A stretch of DNA of 64,000 nucleotides from the IMG/VR virus record IMGVR_UViG_3300023174_000082, positions 52,951-116,950 of that record. One strand, written 5' to 3'. The DNA comes from a virus. The first letter of the stretch is position 1. Each line of letters begins with the position of its first letter. Positions 49,617 to 58,876 of this stretch are shown one piece after another. Below the pieces are notes generated by a model. That model saw only the letters and a program-made list of their open reading frames with translations. It made no database searches and had not been told where the DNA came from. A program made the position numbers and the translations under genes.

Positions 49617-51689
49617 ATGACATTTTTTTACGACTTAAACAAAAAGCTGGATTCCATTCGTGAGAAGCCAGAGACCACACACAAGCAATTGAACGAGCGC
49701 GACGAAGGCAAGCCAGGCAAGAATTTTGCTAAGATTGCCAAAGACGCCAGTGAGCGTTATGGCAGCAAGGCTGCTGGTGAGCGTGTGGCTGGTGCTGTGC
49801 GTAACAAATTAAAAGCACAAGGCAAGTTGGAAGAAGAAGGTATGAGCCGTGCGGCCAAGGGTTATGAAAAGTATGGCAAGCAAGGTATGGAAGCATTGGC
49901 CAAAGCTGGACGTGAAGGCAAGGCATTAGATCCTGTTCGCAAAAAATACGACAAGTATGACGAAGGCGCTACTGGTGCTGCTGTTGGTGGCGGATTAGGA
50001 GCATTGGCTGCTGGACCGCTGGGTGGCGCTGCTGGTGCTGCTCTTGGTCACTATGCTGAAAAAGGCATGGACACTGAAAAAACTGCCAAAGAAAGCATGG
50101 GCGACATGGCCAAGAAAGTTGGCGGTATGGCCAAGAAAGTTGGCGGCGCTGTGTTGAACAAACTGGGCCACGGCGACGATGCTGACATGATGCGTGACTT
50201 GCAACGCAAGATGGGTGTGCCACAAACTGGTATGAAGCCAGGCGCAGAACCAAATCCCAAACAAGTTAAAGAAAAAATGTCACCTGCCAAGGCCAAGAGC
50301 TTTGCTGCACTTGCCGAACCTAAAGACAAAATTACTTTTGCCGACAAGATTGCCGGCGCCAAAAAAGAAGTTGACGAAATGCTAGGTGACGTAGCAGCTG
50401 AAGCCATGAAAGGCGCACTCAGCGGTGGCCAAAAGAAGTTAGACAAAAACAACAACGGCAAACTAGACGCCAATGACTTTGCTATGTTGCGCAAAGGTGC
50501 CAAGCAAAAAACTACTGAAGAAGATGATGACAATCCGTTTACATCATGGAAAAAGCCACGTGCTGATCGACCAAAGGTTGGATCCATCGAACGCGGTCAC
50601 AAGCACGACATTGAACACACTGCCACAGGCCGTAAAGTAACTCGCAGAGTTGATGATCAAGGCCATTCAGTAGGTGCAGATGACGCCAGTGATGCTGAAC
50701 CACAAAAGCGCGGTCGCGGAAGACCATCAGGAACTGGCAGCAAAATGGGTGCCAAAGGACCTTCGGGTCGTTCAAAGTTGATGACCAAAGAAAACGACGT
50801 TGAGCCAGGTGAAAATCAAAGCGGCGACTTAAAAGCCGCAATGGCATTGTTGAAAAAAGCTGGTTACAAAATCAGCAAGTCTGACAGCAAGCCCGAAAGC
50901 AATAATGACTCTGCACCAAAGAAAAAATCTTCTGGTAGCAAACCTGATTTTGCCGATGTTGATGGCGATGGCGACAAAAAAGAATCCATGAAAAAGGCCG
51001 CCAAAGAAAAAGGATCTTCAGAAGACAAGCCTAAAAAAGTCAAGGAAGAAGGCGGAACCGGAACACCAACAGCGTCTAGTGGATTTGGGTTTGGCAAAGG
51101 CATCTACGATTCATTGAATCGTGATCTAGAAGCCATGATTGCTGAGTCAATGAGCATCAACATGAGCGACTCCACAGAAGGCGGCAAGAGCTTGACTATT
51201 ACCGCTACAGATGAAGATGCACTTAAATTAGGCATGCTGTTGAAAAACGCAGGTCTTGGCGGTGGTGGAGAAGAAGGCAGCTACATGGGCGGCAAAACTT
51301 TTTGCCCAACCTGCGGCAGCGGCGACTGCGGATGTGGCGACATTGAAAAAGAGATTGATGAAAATGCGCCTGATTGGCCCACAGACGAAGAAGGCACAGA
51401 AGATGCCATGATGTACAGTGGCGGTCTAAACGGTCCCAAGTCAACTGGTCAATCAACTGTACCAGTATTGGCCAGTCAAGAAAATCGTCAACACACCTAC
51501 GAAGCAGAGTTACAACGCATGCGTGACATTGCCGGTATCCGAGAAGCCAAGAAGCCTGATTTTTTAGACGTTGACAAAGATGGCAACAAGAAAGAACCTT
51601 TCAAGAAAGCTGTTGATGACAAAGAAGAAAAAAAAGTTGAAGAAAGTATTTTTGCTTTAACAAATTCGTGGAAAGCCTACAAGGGGTAA
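49617..51689 (+). CDS. Putative internal head polyprotein (low complexity, modular)
   Basis: K/E/G-rich with many hydrophobic-x-E sites, three DxDxDG-type loops, a glycine zipper and a CPTCG..DCGC cluster. Confidence 0.65.
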   Translation: MTFFYDLNKKLDSIREKPETTHKQLNERDEGKPGKNFAKIAKDASERYGSKAAGERVAGAVRNKLKAQGKLEEEGMSRAAKGYEKYGKQGMEALAKAGREGKALDPVRKKYDKYDEGATGAAVGGGLGALAAGPLGGAAGAALGHYAEKGMDTEKTAKESMGDMAKKVGGMAKKVGGAVLNKLGHGDDADMMRDLQRKMGVPQTGMKPGAEPNPKQVKEKMSPAKAKSFAALAEPKDKITFADKIAGAKKEVDEMLGDVAAEAMKGALSGGQKKLDKNNNGKLDANDFAMLRKGAKQKTTEEDDDNPFTSWKKPRADRPKVGSIERGHKHDIEHTATGRKVTRRVDDQGHSVGADDASDAEPQKRGRGRPSGTGSKMGAKGPSGRSKLMTKENDVEPGENQSGDLKAAMALLKKAGYKISKSDSKPESNNDSAPKKKSSGSKPDFADVDGDGDKKESMKKAAKEKGSSEDKPKKVKEEGGTGTPTASSGFGFGKGIYDSLNRDLEAMIAESMSINMSDSTEGGKSLTITATDEDALKLGMLLKNAGLGGGGEEGSYMGGKTFCPTCGSGDCGCGDIEKEIDENAPDWPTDEEGTEDAMMYSGGLNGPKSTGQSTVPVLASQENRQHTYEAELQRMRDIAGIREAKKPDFLDVDKDGNKKEPFKKAVDDKEEKKVEESIFALTNSWKAYKG

Positions 51690-51693
51690 TAAC

Positions 51694-51864
51694 ATGGTAT
51701 ACAAACCTTATAACGAAAACTTGAACACGCCCACACAGCAGAACCCTCACAGTCCTGCTACCAGTGGGTACAAGCAACAACCAGTGGAAATTCCTGGAGT
51801 GTTGCATCAAACACGTGAGTTGTTTCAACCTGTGGTGATTCAACCCAATCAGGATAGCAAATAA
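51694..51864 (+). CDS. Small hypothetical protein (56 aa, absent from ORF track)
   Basis: MVYKPYNENLNTPTQQNPHSP...QDSK*; fills the gap and has a TAATG overlap with the next gene. Confidence 0.65.
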   Translation: MVYKPYNENLNTPTQQNPHSPATSGYKQQPVEIPGVLHQTRELFQPVVIQPNQDSK

Positions 51865-52157
51865 TGGCTATTCAAGTAATCAAAGACACAGCAGGTAATG
51901 TGTTGTGGACAACAGACAAAGCGCAAATCAATTCTGAAAGCACTAATGTTACCTATCAAGTGTTCGCTACTGCTCTGGGCACTGCTAATGCTGTAGGTAA
52001 TCTATATGCAAATGCAGTAAGTGTACCCAACGGAACCACTCAAGAAATTTATGTAGGTGCAGGCAACTATTTGACCTTGACCGGTAACAATTTTACTGCT
52101 CTTGCATTGGGCACAGCAAGTTCTGCGCAATCTGGAGTGATTGGTGGCGGCAGCTAA
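51864..52157 (+). CDS. Small putative virion protein
   Basis: 97 aa, T/G/A/N-rich; coupled start. Confidence 0.7.
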   Translation: MAIQVIKDTAGNVLWTTDKAQINSESTNVTYQVFATALGTANAVGNLYANAVSVPNGTTQEIYVGAGNYLTLTGNNFTALALGTASSAQSGVIGGGS

Positions 52158-52159
52158 TA

Positions 52160-52531
52160 ATGAGAGCAACTGAGTTCATTGCTGAAGACACAGTTGGCAA
52201 GATTAGCAAACGCAATCAAAATGCCACTGTGGGTCTAAACAAGTTTCGCGACCAAAAATTCGCTGACCGGGTGTATGAACTCAACCGAATCATGATGGCT
52301 GTGGCCTCAACTGATGGCACATTTGTTCCTGATGTTGATGGCGAGTCGTGGTCGGGACGCAATAACGTGGCTGCACCATACACAAAAGAAGAACAACAAA
52401 TGCTTCAAAAAGCCTACCAAGCAATAGGCAGTCATCACGAAGATATAAACCACGGCGACTTAAACTCACAAGAGCATCCAGCAATTAATACGACCAGTGT
52501 AGTCAACGCATTCAAAGGATATCCTCGATGA
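52160..52531 (+). CDS. Putative internal protein (CTS-like start)
   Basis: Starts MRATEFIAE, ends FKGYPR. Paralog of the next gene. Confidence 0.7.
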   Translation: MRATEFIAEDTVGKISKRNQNATVGLNKFRDQKFADRVYELNRIMMAVASTDGTFVPDVDGESWSGRNNVAAPYTKEEQQMLQKAYQAIGSHHEDINHGDLNSQEHPAINTTSVVNAFKGYPR

Positions 52532-52914
52532 GAGCACGAGAATTCATCACAGAACAAGCAACGCTGCCACCTGAGCAAGCAGATCCCATGAACCATGTGT
52601 TTGTATTGCCTGGCGTGAGCTCTAGCGATCCGTATCAAATATATCGACTGGGTGTGGCAATAGCCCGTGCCCGAAGTGACGCCGGAACAGATGGCCTTAC
52701 TGACAAGTTACCTGCCTGGAGTACATCAGCAGCATTTGGCGAAGACGCAGTGATTGCTGGGTTCAATGCCAATGTTGCTCCAGCTATTGATCATGCATTG
52801 AAAATGGCCGGGTTGCCTGTTAAAAAAGTACAAATAAGCACTCCCAACAGCCTAGAGCCTAGTTTAGTAAATCGCATTAGTCCTGTAACAGCATTTGCTG
52901 GCTACCCACGCTAA
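52528..52914 (+). CDS. Putative internal protein (CTS-like start)
   Basis: Starts MRAREFITE, has Y..YR.G.A.A, ends FAGYPR. Confidence 0.7.
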   Translation: MRAREFITEQATLPPEQADPMNHVFVLPGVSSSDPYQIYRLGVAIARARSDAGTDGLTDKLPAWSTSAAFGEDAVIAGFNANVAPAIDHALKMAGLPVKKVQISTPNSLEPSLVNRISPVTAFAGYPR

Positions 52915-52950
52915 TTGTTTTTTTGCTAAATAATTCAACTTAGAATTATT

Positions 52951-53229
52951 ATGGCTAACTCACCACCACCATACGACAACATTACAGGCATTAGCCGTGC
53001 TGTAATGAAAGACAACGCACAAGTAACATTAACCAACTACAATGGCAATGCTCGTCCAGGCGAGTTAGTAGTTGACCAAAGCACTGATCAAGTGTATATT
53101 GGCAACAGTTCGGGTGCGTTGACACAGATTGCAGCAGGCATTGGCAACGGTGGATCCAGTGGATTGCCTGCAGGCTTCTATCAAATGGCATACAATCCAA
53201 CCACTGGTGAGATTGTTTACTACACTTAA
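52951..53229 (+). CDS. Small hypothetical virion-type protein
   Basis: 92 aa with NARPGELVVD..VYIG; TAAATA at 52927. Confidence 0.7.
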   Translation: MANSPPPYDNITGISRAVMKDNAQVTLTNYNGNARPGELVVDQSTDQVYIGNSSGALTQIAAGIGNGGSSGLPAGFYQMAYNPTTGEIVYYT

Positions 53230-53236
53230 TATTAAT

Positions 53237-53674
53237 ATGAAAAAACTCTTCTTACTCTTGCTGATCGTGCCAGTATTGGCCCTAGCACAACCCCGACAAC
53301 GACCAGGTGTGACCTATGACGCTGTGATCACCAGAGTCATAGATGGTGACACAGTGGCTTTCCAAGCAGACTTTTTGCCTGCACCACTCAGGAAAGAACT
53401 CAGTATCAGAGTGTTTGGTGTGGACACGCCAGAAAAAGGATTCCGTGCTCAATGCCCTAGTGAAGCACAGCGTGGCGAAGCAGCCTCAGCCTTTACCAAA
53501 TCAGCCGTTGCTCAGGCTTCACAACGACAGATTGTACTCATGGACTGGGACAAGTATGGTGGCCGTGTGCTAGGAGATGTCTTGTTAAACGGACAAAGTC
53601 TACGTCAAATGCTTATTGCCAACGGGTTTGCCCGAGAATACTACGGCGAAGCCAAAACTTCTTGGTGCAACTAA
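53237..53674 (+). CDS. Thermonuclease (SNase) with Sec signal peptide
   Basis: MKKLFLLLLIVPVLALA signal, then RVIDGDT, IRVFGVDTPE, DKYGGRVLG and L...GFA. Start reassigned to ATG 53237. Confidence 0.9.
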   Translation: MKKLFLLLLIVPVLALAQPRQRPGVTYDAVITRVIDGDTVAFQADFLPAPLRKELSIRVFGVDTPEKGFRAQCPSEAQRGEAASAFTKSAVAQASQRQIVLMDWDKYGGRVLGDVLLNGQSLRQMLIANGFAREYYGEAKTSWCN

Positions 53675-53692
53675 AACGCCCGTAAATACGGG

Positions 53693-54841
53693 ATGACAAA
53701 TTTTTATTGTGCGGCCCCCTGGCGAGGCTTGCATATCAATCCCCGAGGTGATGTAAAAACCTGCTGTGCTGGCAATCCCAACATGCTGGGCAACCTCAAT
53801 ACCCAAACCATTGAACAAATCCTCAACAGCAATCTCATGGCAGAGATACGCACCAGTTTAGCCCAAGGCAAACCGCATGAGTATTGCTCTAATTGTGTGC
53901 GAGCTGAACGTTTTGGTGCAGACTCAGAACGTAAATGGCACAATGATGTCAATCCTGACTTTGACTATGCTCAAGCCGGAGACCAGTATCACTATCCTGT
54001 GATTGTGGATGTGCGGTGGAATACCACATGCAACTTGAGTTGCAATTACTGCGGCGAAGCATGCAGTTCAAAATGGGCCAGCCTCAAAGGCATTCCGTTC
54101 AAGTCAGGTGCCCGGCCCTATTATGATTCAGTATGTGACTTTATTGAACAGCACTATGAACACATACACGAAGTAGCATTGGTGGGCGGTGAACCTTTGC
54201 TACTGCCAGAAAACAACAGACTGTTAGACGTCATACCCAAAGATGCTATTGTCACACTGATCACAAACTTGAATGTGGATCTAGAATCCAACAAGATATT
54301 TCAAAAGCTGTCAACTCGTAACCGGGTAGGTTGGTCAATGAGTTTTGATAATACTGGTGAGCGAGTGGAGTATGTGCGTCATGGTGCCAGTTGGGCATTG
54401 ATCAAAGAAAATCTTTCAAAAATCAAAAACCTGATGACCACACAAGGACAGTGGGGAGGCATTCATGCTGTGTACAACATCTACAATGCCACACGCATTT
54501 GTGAACTGCGGCAGTTTGCTGAAGAGACAAAAACCACAGTGCTGTGGCAAAACTTGTTTCAGCCCGAATACCTTGATCCGTTCTTGCATGGCGCAGGTGT
54601 TGCACGAGAAGCCATAGCAGAAATTGAAAGATTCTATGCAATGAACATTGCTACCGCTGCTGAACGGCAATTCTTTGATAATTCTTTGGCCACTTATCAA
54701 AACAGACTGTCAATTGACAAAGTTAGCAAAATTGACGCGACGTTCTGGAGACACATTCACGACAATGAAACCAAGTACCATCCAGACAAAGCTGGAGAGT
54801 TTCAACGCTTATGGCCGGAGTTGGCATTCTTATGCAGATAA
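53693..54841 (+). CDS. Radical SAM enzyme with N-terminal twitch/SPASM domain
   Basis: CAAPW...TCC...CSNC, CNLSCNYC..CSSKW, GGEP and YVR.GASW. TAAATA inside a CCCGTA/TACGGG palindrome, 4 nt before the ATG. Confidence 0.9.
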   Translation: MTNFYCAAPWRGLHINPRGDVKTCCAGNPNMLGNLNTQTIEQILNSNLMAEIRTSLAQGKPHEYCSNCVRAERFGADSERKWHNDVNPDFDYAQAGDQYHYPVIVDVRWNTTCNLSCNYCGEACSSKWASLKGIPFKSGARPYYDSVCDFIEQHYEHIHEVALVGGEPLLLPENNRLLDVIPKDAIVTLITNLNVDLESNKIFQKLSTRNRVGWSMSFDNTGERVEYVRHGASWALIKENLSKIKNLMTTQGQWGGIHAVYNIYNATRICELRQFAEETKTTVLWQNLFQPEYLDPFLHGAGVAREAIAEIERFYAMNIATAAERQFFDNSLATYQNRLSIDKVSKIDATFWRHIHDNETKYHPDKAGEFQRLWPELAFLCR

Positions 54842-55386
54842 TACCAGTTGACCAAGATTGTAATTTGTTTGCAGTAACGGATTTGATACCTCAATCTCTA
54901 GTGGATAAAATTTTAAAAACTGATTGGTTAAGTTTGACACACACGTTAACAGAAGGCAATAGATTATTACGGAGACAGGTGCATAACAATCAATTATCAT
55001 GGATTAACGAATGGCATAACTGTATCCATCAAGCATGGGAAAATATTGTTAAGGAGACTGGGTGCCATCATTTGAATTATGCCGACACTGGATTTTGGAT
55101 AGATCAGGAAACATATACATGCCCCATTCACACTGATGGAGAGTTACCAGGGTCGATGCAAATGTATTGGATTGGCGCAGATAGAAATATTGGTACTACT
55201 TGGTATCATTACAAAGATCAAAACTTGATTAGATATTGTTTTGAATTTCGGCCCAACACTGGATATATCATGATCAATAAACCTGCAGACAATGGCTACA
55301 GAAAATTGCAATGGCATGGCATGTTGACACCAGTACCTAACAATTCTTTTAGATTGAGTTCATATTCATGGTTGACAAACAAATGA
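54832..55386 (+). CDS. 2OG-Fe(II) oxygenase
   Basis: HTD...WHG...RLS (HxD...H...RxS). SD GGAG before ATG 54832. Confidence 0.75.
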   Translation: MQIIPVDQDCNLFAVTDLIPQSLVDKILKTDWLSLTHTLTEGNRLLRRQVHNNQLSWINEWHNCIHQAWENIVKETGCHHLNYADTGFWIDQETYTCPIHTDGELPGSMQMYWIGADRNIGTTWYHYKDQNLIRYCFEFRPNTGYIMINKPADNGYRKLQWHGMLTPVPNNSFRLSSYSWLTNK

Positions 55387-56522
55387 TAACCAAAAGTCCT
55401 ACATTTTGTCCAGCGCCTTGGACCAGTCTCAACATTGATCAAACTGGCAGAGTTATGCCTTGTTTTCACACTGGATACGAATTAGGCAATATCAAACACA
55501 TACCAATTCAACAAGTTCTAATAGATAAACCGCTGCAAGATTTACGACAAACAATGGCTCGTGGCGAATGGCATGATGCATGTGCATGGTGCAAGCGACT
55601 TGAAGAAACTACAGGAACCAGCGGAAGAACAGTGAGACATGCAGATTCAAATACGTTGGCGGCTATTGACAATGATTTAGATTTTTTCAAACTAGAACAT
55701 CTAGTAGTCAATTGGAGCAATCTTTGCAACTTAACTTGTGTATATTGCAATCCAGAAACATCAACAGCTTGGCAAAGCGTTAAACGTATACCCATTAATC
55801 ATGTCAAAAACGAACACGAAGATCTAATAGAACTGGCTCGTACTCAAGGGCACAACATACAAGGACTAAGTCTTGGTGGCGGCGAGCCGCTGTTGCAAAA
55901 AGGTCTTGACAAATTTTTAAATTATATCAACCCTGACAAAGTGCGAGTGATGGTCACAACCAATCTCAGTGTGGAGCTATCTACCAACCCCATATATCAA
56001 ATGCTTAAAAACTGGCCCAGCGTAGACTGGATGATTAGTTTTGACAACGCTGATAAAGAAAAATTTGAATATGTAAGAGATGGCGCCAGTTGGGAACAGT
56101 TTGTGAAAAATTTGCGGCAGATGAAAAAAGACAATCAACATGTGTTGGCCCACCCAGCGTACTCGATCTACTGTGCATTGGATCTTGAAGAATACTACGA
56201 TTTTTGTGACCAGGAAAATTTATCAATTTTTTGGTGCGAACTCAATCATCCAGAAGACTTAGACATGCGCAGGCAACCCATGGCATTGAGACAGTTAGCA
56301 ATAGATGAAATTGACCGGGTAGTTGCAAAATACAAACACCATCAACACATGGCTGTGGATGCATTGGAACGATATCGATTGACACTGCAAAACAACAGCT
56401 ATCTTCCAAACAATCATCATAAAATTGATGTGTTGATTTTCCATCAAACTGTTGAAACACAGTTAAAAAAATCTACACGTTTTGTTGACTTATGGCCAAC
56501 AATTGTTAATACACTATCATGA
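55383..56522 (+). CDS. Radical SAM enzyme with N-terminal twitch/SPASM domain
   Basis: CPAPW...PC...CAWC, CNLTCVYC..STAW, GGEP and YVRDGASW. ATGA-coupled start. Confidence 0.9.
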   Translation: MITKSPTFCPAPWTSLNIDQTGRVMPCFHTGYELGNIKHIPIQQVLIDKPLQDLRQTMARGEWHDACAWCKRLEETTGTSGRTVRHADSNTLAAIDNDLDFFKLEHLVVNWSNLCNLTCVYCNPETSTAWQSVKRIPINHVKNEHEDLIELARTQGHNIQGLSLGGGEPLLQKGLDKFLNYINPDKVRVMVTTNLSVELSTNPIYQMLKNWPSVDWMISFDNADKEKFEYVRDGASWEQFVKNLRQMKKDNQHVLAHPAYSIYCALDLEEYYDFCDQENLSIFWCELNHPEDLDMRRQPMALRQLAIDEIDRVVAKYKHHQHMAVDALERYRLTLQNNSYLPNNHHKIDVLIFHQTVETQLKKSTRFVDLWPTIVNTLS

Positions 56523-57316
56523 AAACTCAAATTAATCATCCAAGACCTTACCATGCAGGGATTCACATAGCAGACCAATGCTTGGATTGGATGCCAACTG
56601 ACACAAAAGATCATTATGATAATCTGATAAAAAATCCCAAACATCAAGAGTATTTTCAAACTATGGGCTGGGACAAACCAGGCGCTATCACCTACAAACT
56701 AAACAGTGAAGGGTTTAGGTGCGAAGAGTTTGATGACTCGCCGTGTGTTGTGGCTCTGGGCTGTAGTTATACCATGGGCATTGGATTGCCTGTGGAGTGT
56801 TTGTGGCCTAGCTTGGTAGGACAAGCATTGAATTTAAAAGTGTTTAATTTAGCATGGGGTGGTTACTCAGCTGATAGTTGTTTTAGAATAGCCAGGTACT
56901 GGATACCTAAACTCAATGCCAAAGTGGTTTGTATGCTCGCTCCACCGCAGGCCAGAATTGAATTGATTACCAGTGAAAAGTGTAGAGATACTGGTAGAAC
57001 ATTCACTGACGTTTTTATGCCAGAAAGTCGCAGTCAATACTATAATCCCGCAGATGTGTATCTCAACACATGGTTCATGCAAGAAGAAAATCATATCATT
57101 AACAAAGAAAAAAATGTATTTGCTATACAGCAAATTTCTACCAATGCCGGTGCTAAATTTTGTATTGTAGATACTGACACTACAATGACAAGGTCAAGAG
57201 AAGAAATAGGATATGCAAGAGATCACATGCATGGGGGTCCACAAATACATCGTGAAATCGCTGGTAATATGTTGGCACAGTATGAGCAAAATCAAATTAA
57301 TATATCATCCCAATGA
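56519..57316 (+). CDS. SGNH/GDSL-like protein
   Basis: ALGCSYTMG...WP..V...NLA.GG.S and a C-terminal D..H (RDHMH). Confidence 0.55.
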   Translation: MKTQINHPRPYHAGIHIADQCLDWMPTDTKDHYDNLIKNPKHQEYFQTMGWDKPGAITYKLNSEGFRCEEFDDSPCVVALGCSYTMGIGLPVECLWPSLVGQALNLKVFNLAWGGYSADSCFRIARYWIPKLNAKVVCMLAPPQARIELITSEKCRDTGRTFTDVFMPESRSQYYNPADVYLNTWFMQEENHIINKEKNVFAIQQISTNAGAKFCIVDTDTTMTRSREEIGYARDHMHGGPQIHREIAGNMLAQYEQNQINISSQ

Positions 57317-58274
57317 GTTTGTAAACTTTACTCATGGTTGCATTCGGCCCTTGATAGATCCGCATTTTGAGTTAGTACCTTACTCAAATGATGTGTTCTA
57401 TTCGCCTGCGGATTGTGCGGTGCTGACCAGCCATGTTAGTGTGTTAGAAAAAAGTCCTAGATGGTGGCAACCTTTTGTCAACAGCGGTTTTAAGATGATT
57501 GTGGACCATCTTTGGGACAGCGATGTCGATACACCTAGCATGATCAAAGATGGGCGATTGACATTGAGAAATGGCAATTGGTTATGGTACAGAGAAAGTT
57601 TGTATTACACTGCTGTGGGGTATAATGAGTATCAGCCCAATAGAAACTATCGTCATAGTTTTTTCATGTCAATGAATAAACAAAGAGAACACAAAGATCT
57701 AACATTGCAAACATTGTCTCCGGTGCTCGATCAAGCATTATGGAGTTATGTAGCACGCGGCCATTTGTTGCCCGGCGACTGCGATCATAACAATCCTAAC
57801 AATCCTGTGTATTGGCTTTACTACATGAATCCAGACTGGTATGACTCGTGTTGTTTTAGTGTGGTGGTAGAAAGTTACATGCGAACCAATGCCTGGATCA
57901 ACAGTCCACAGGTGCCGTGTTACAAAACTGAAGTCAGTGAAAAAATATTCAAACCCATGGCTTACTATCATCCGTTCATTGTGTTTGGATCTTTTGAAAC
58001 ACTAAAGTATTTGCATCGAGAAGGATTTGAAACATTTAACAACCTTTGGGACGAAAGTTATGACAACATTGCCAATGATGAACAACGGCATGCTCAAGTT
58101 ACCAAAGTTGTTGTAGATTCAGTACGCCAATATTGGCCGCATCAATTTGCAATTGATAGAGTTACAGAACAAAAGTTGCAACACAATCGTAATAGATTTT
58201 TCAACCAACAATTGGTACAACAACGATTTGTAAATGAAATCATTAGAGACATTGAAAATTTTGTAAACTCATGA
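57282..58274 (+). CDS. Putative GT-B glycosyltransferase-like protein (GT10-like SEK motif)
   Basis: FSVVVES...SEKIFKP...HPFIVFG...L..L..GFETF...DESYD. Start reassigned to MSKIKL. Confidence 0.5.
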   Translation: MSKIKLIYHPNEFVNFTHGCIRPLIDPHFELVPYSNDVFYSPADCAVLTSHVSVLEKSPRWWQPFVNSGFKMIVDHLWDSDVDTPSMIKDGRLTLRNGNWLWYRESLYYTAVGYNEYQPNRNYRHSFFMSMNKQREHKDLTLQTLSPVLDQALWSYVARGHLLPGDCDHNNPNNPVYWLYYMNPDWYDSCCFSVVVESYMRTNAWINSPQVPCYKTEVSEKIFKPMAYYHPFIVFGSFETLKYLHREGFETFNNLWDESYDNIANDEQRHAQVTKVVVDSVRQYWPHQFAIDRVTEQKLQHNRNRFFNQQLVQQRFVNEIIRDIENFVNS

Positions 58275-58876
58275 AACATGTGTATATTTGTGGCGATAGT
58301 TTTTGTGTGCCAGATCCAGAGTATGGACCATGTTGGGTAGATCTGTTGGCAAACAAATATCACATTGTTAATCAATCATGCGTGAGTGCTACCAATCTTA
58401 TAATTGCCATGCAAGTGGACACAGCCATTGCAGCGCAGGCCGACTTTGTGATTGTGCAAGGAACCAGTTGTACTCGTAGTCAAACACGCTACCAAGATCG
58501 AATAGTTCCTTATAGTTTTCTCACAGCAAGCACAACAACCACACCGTTTGATCAGCGTAAGTTAGAATTAATCAAACACTATTACACAGAATTTTTTGAT
58601 CTTGATCTTGCTATATACCAAAATCAATGCATTATTGAAAACACTCTACAAAAATTAATGGACAGCAACATACCTTTCTTGTTTGATCAAGGAGGTTTTG
58701 AGCATTCAAAGTTTGGAAACTTTGGCAAGGTGTATTTTGCAAAATTTGAGCACTACCGCAGTCAAGTAAATCTGTGGGATCATGGCAATACTGCACTGTA
58801 CAGACCCTACTATCATATAACTGATCCAAACATACATAAGTCTGTAGCAGAATATTATATCAAGGAAATACAATGA
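58271..58876 (+). CDS. SGNH-like protein
   Basis: ICGDSF...W..LL...N.S...A.N..I and a C-terminal H. Confidence 0.5.
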   Translation: MKHVYICGDSFCVPDPEYGPCWVDLLANKYHIVNQSCVSATNLIIAMQVDTAIAAQADFVIVQGTSCTRSQTRYQDRIVPYSFLTASTTTTPFDQRKLELIKHYYTEFFDLDLAIYQNQCIIENTLQKLMDSNIPFLFDQGGFEHSKFGNFGKVYFAKFEHYRSQVNLWDHGNTALYRPYYHITDPNIHKSVAEYYIKEIQ

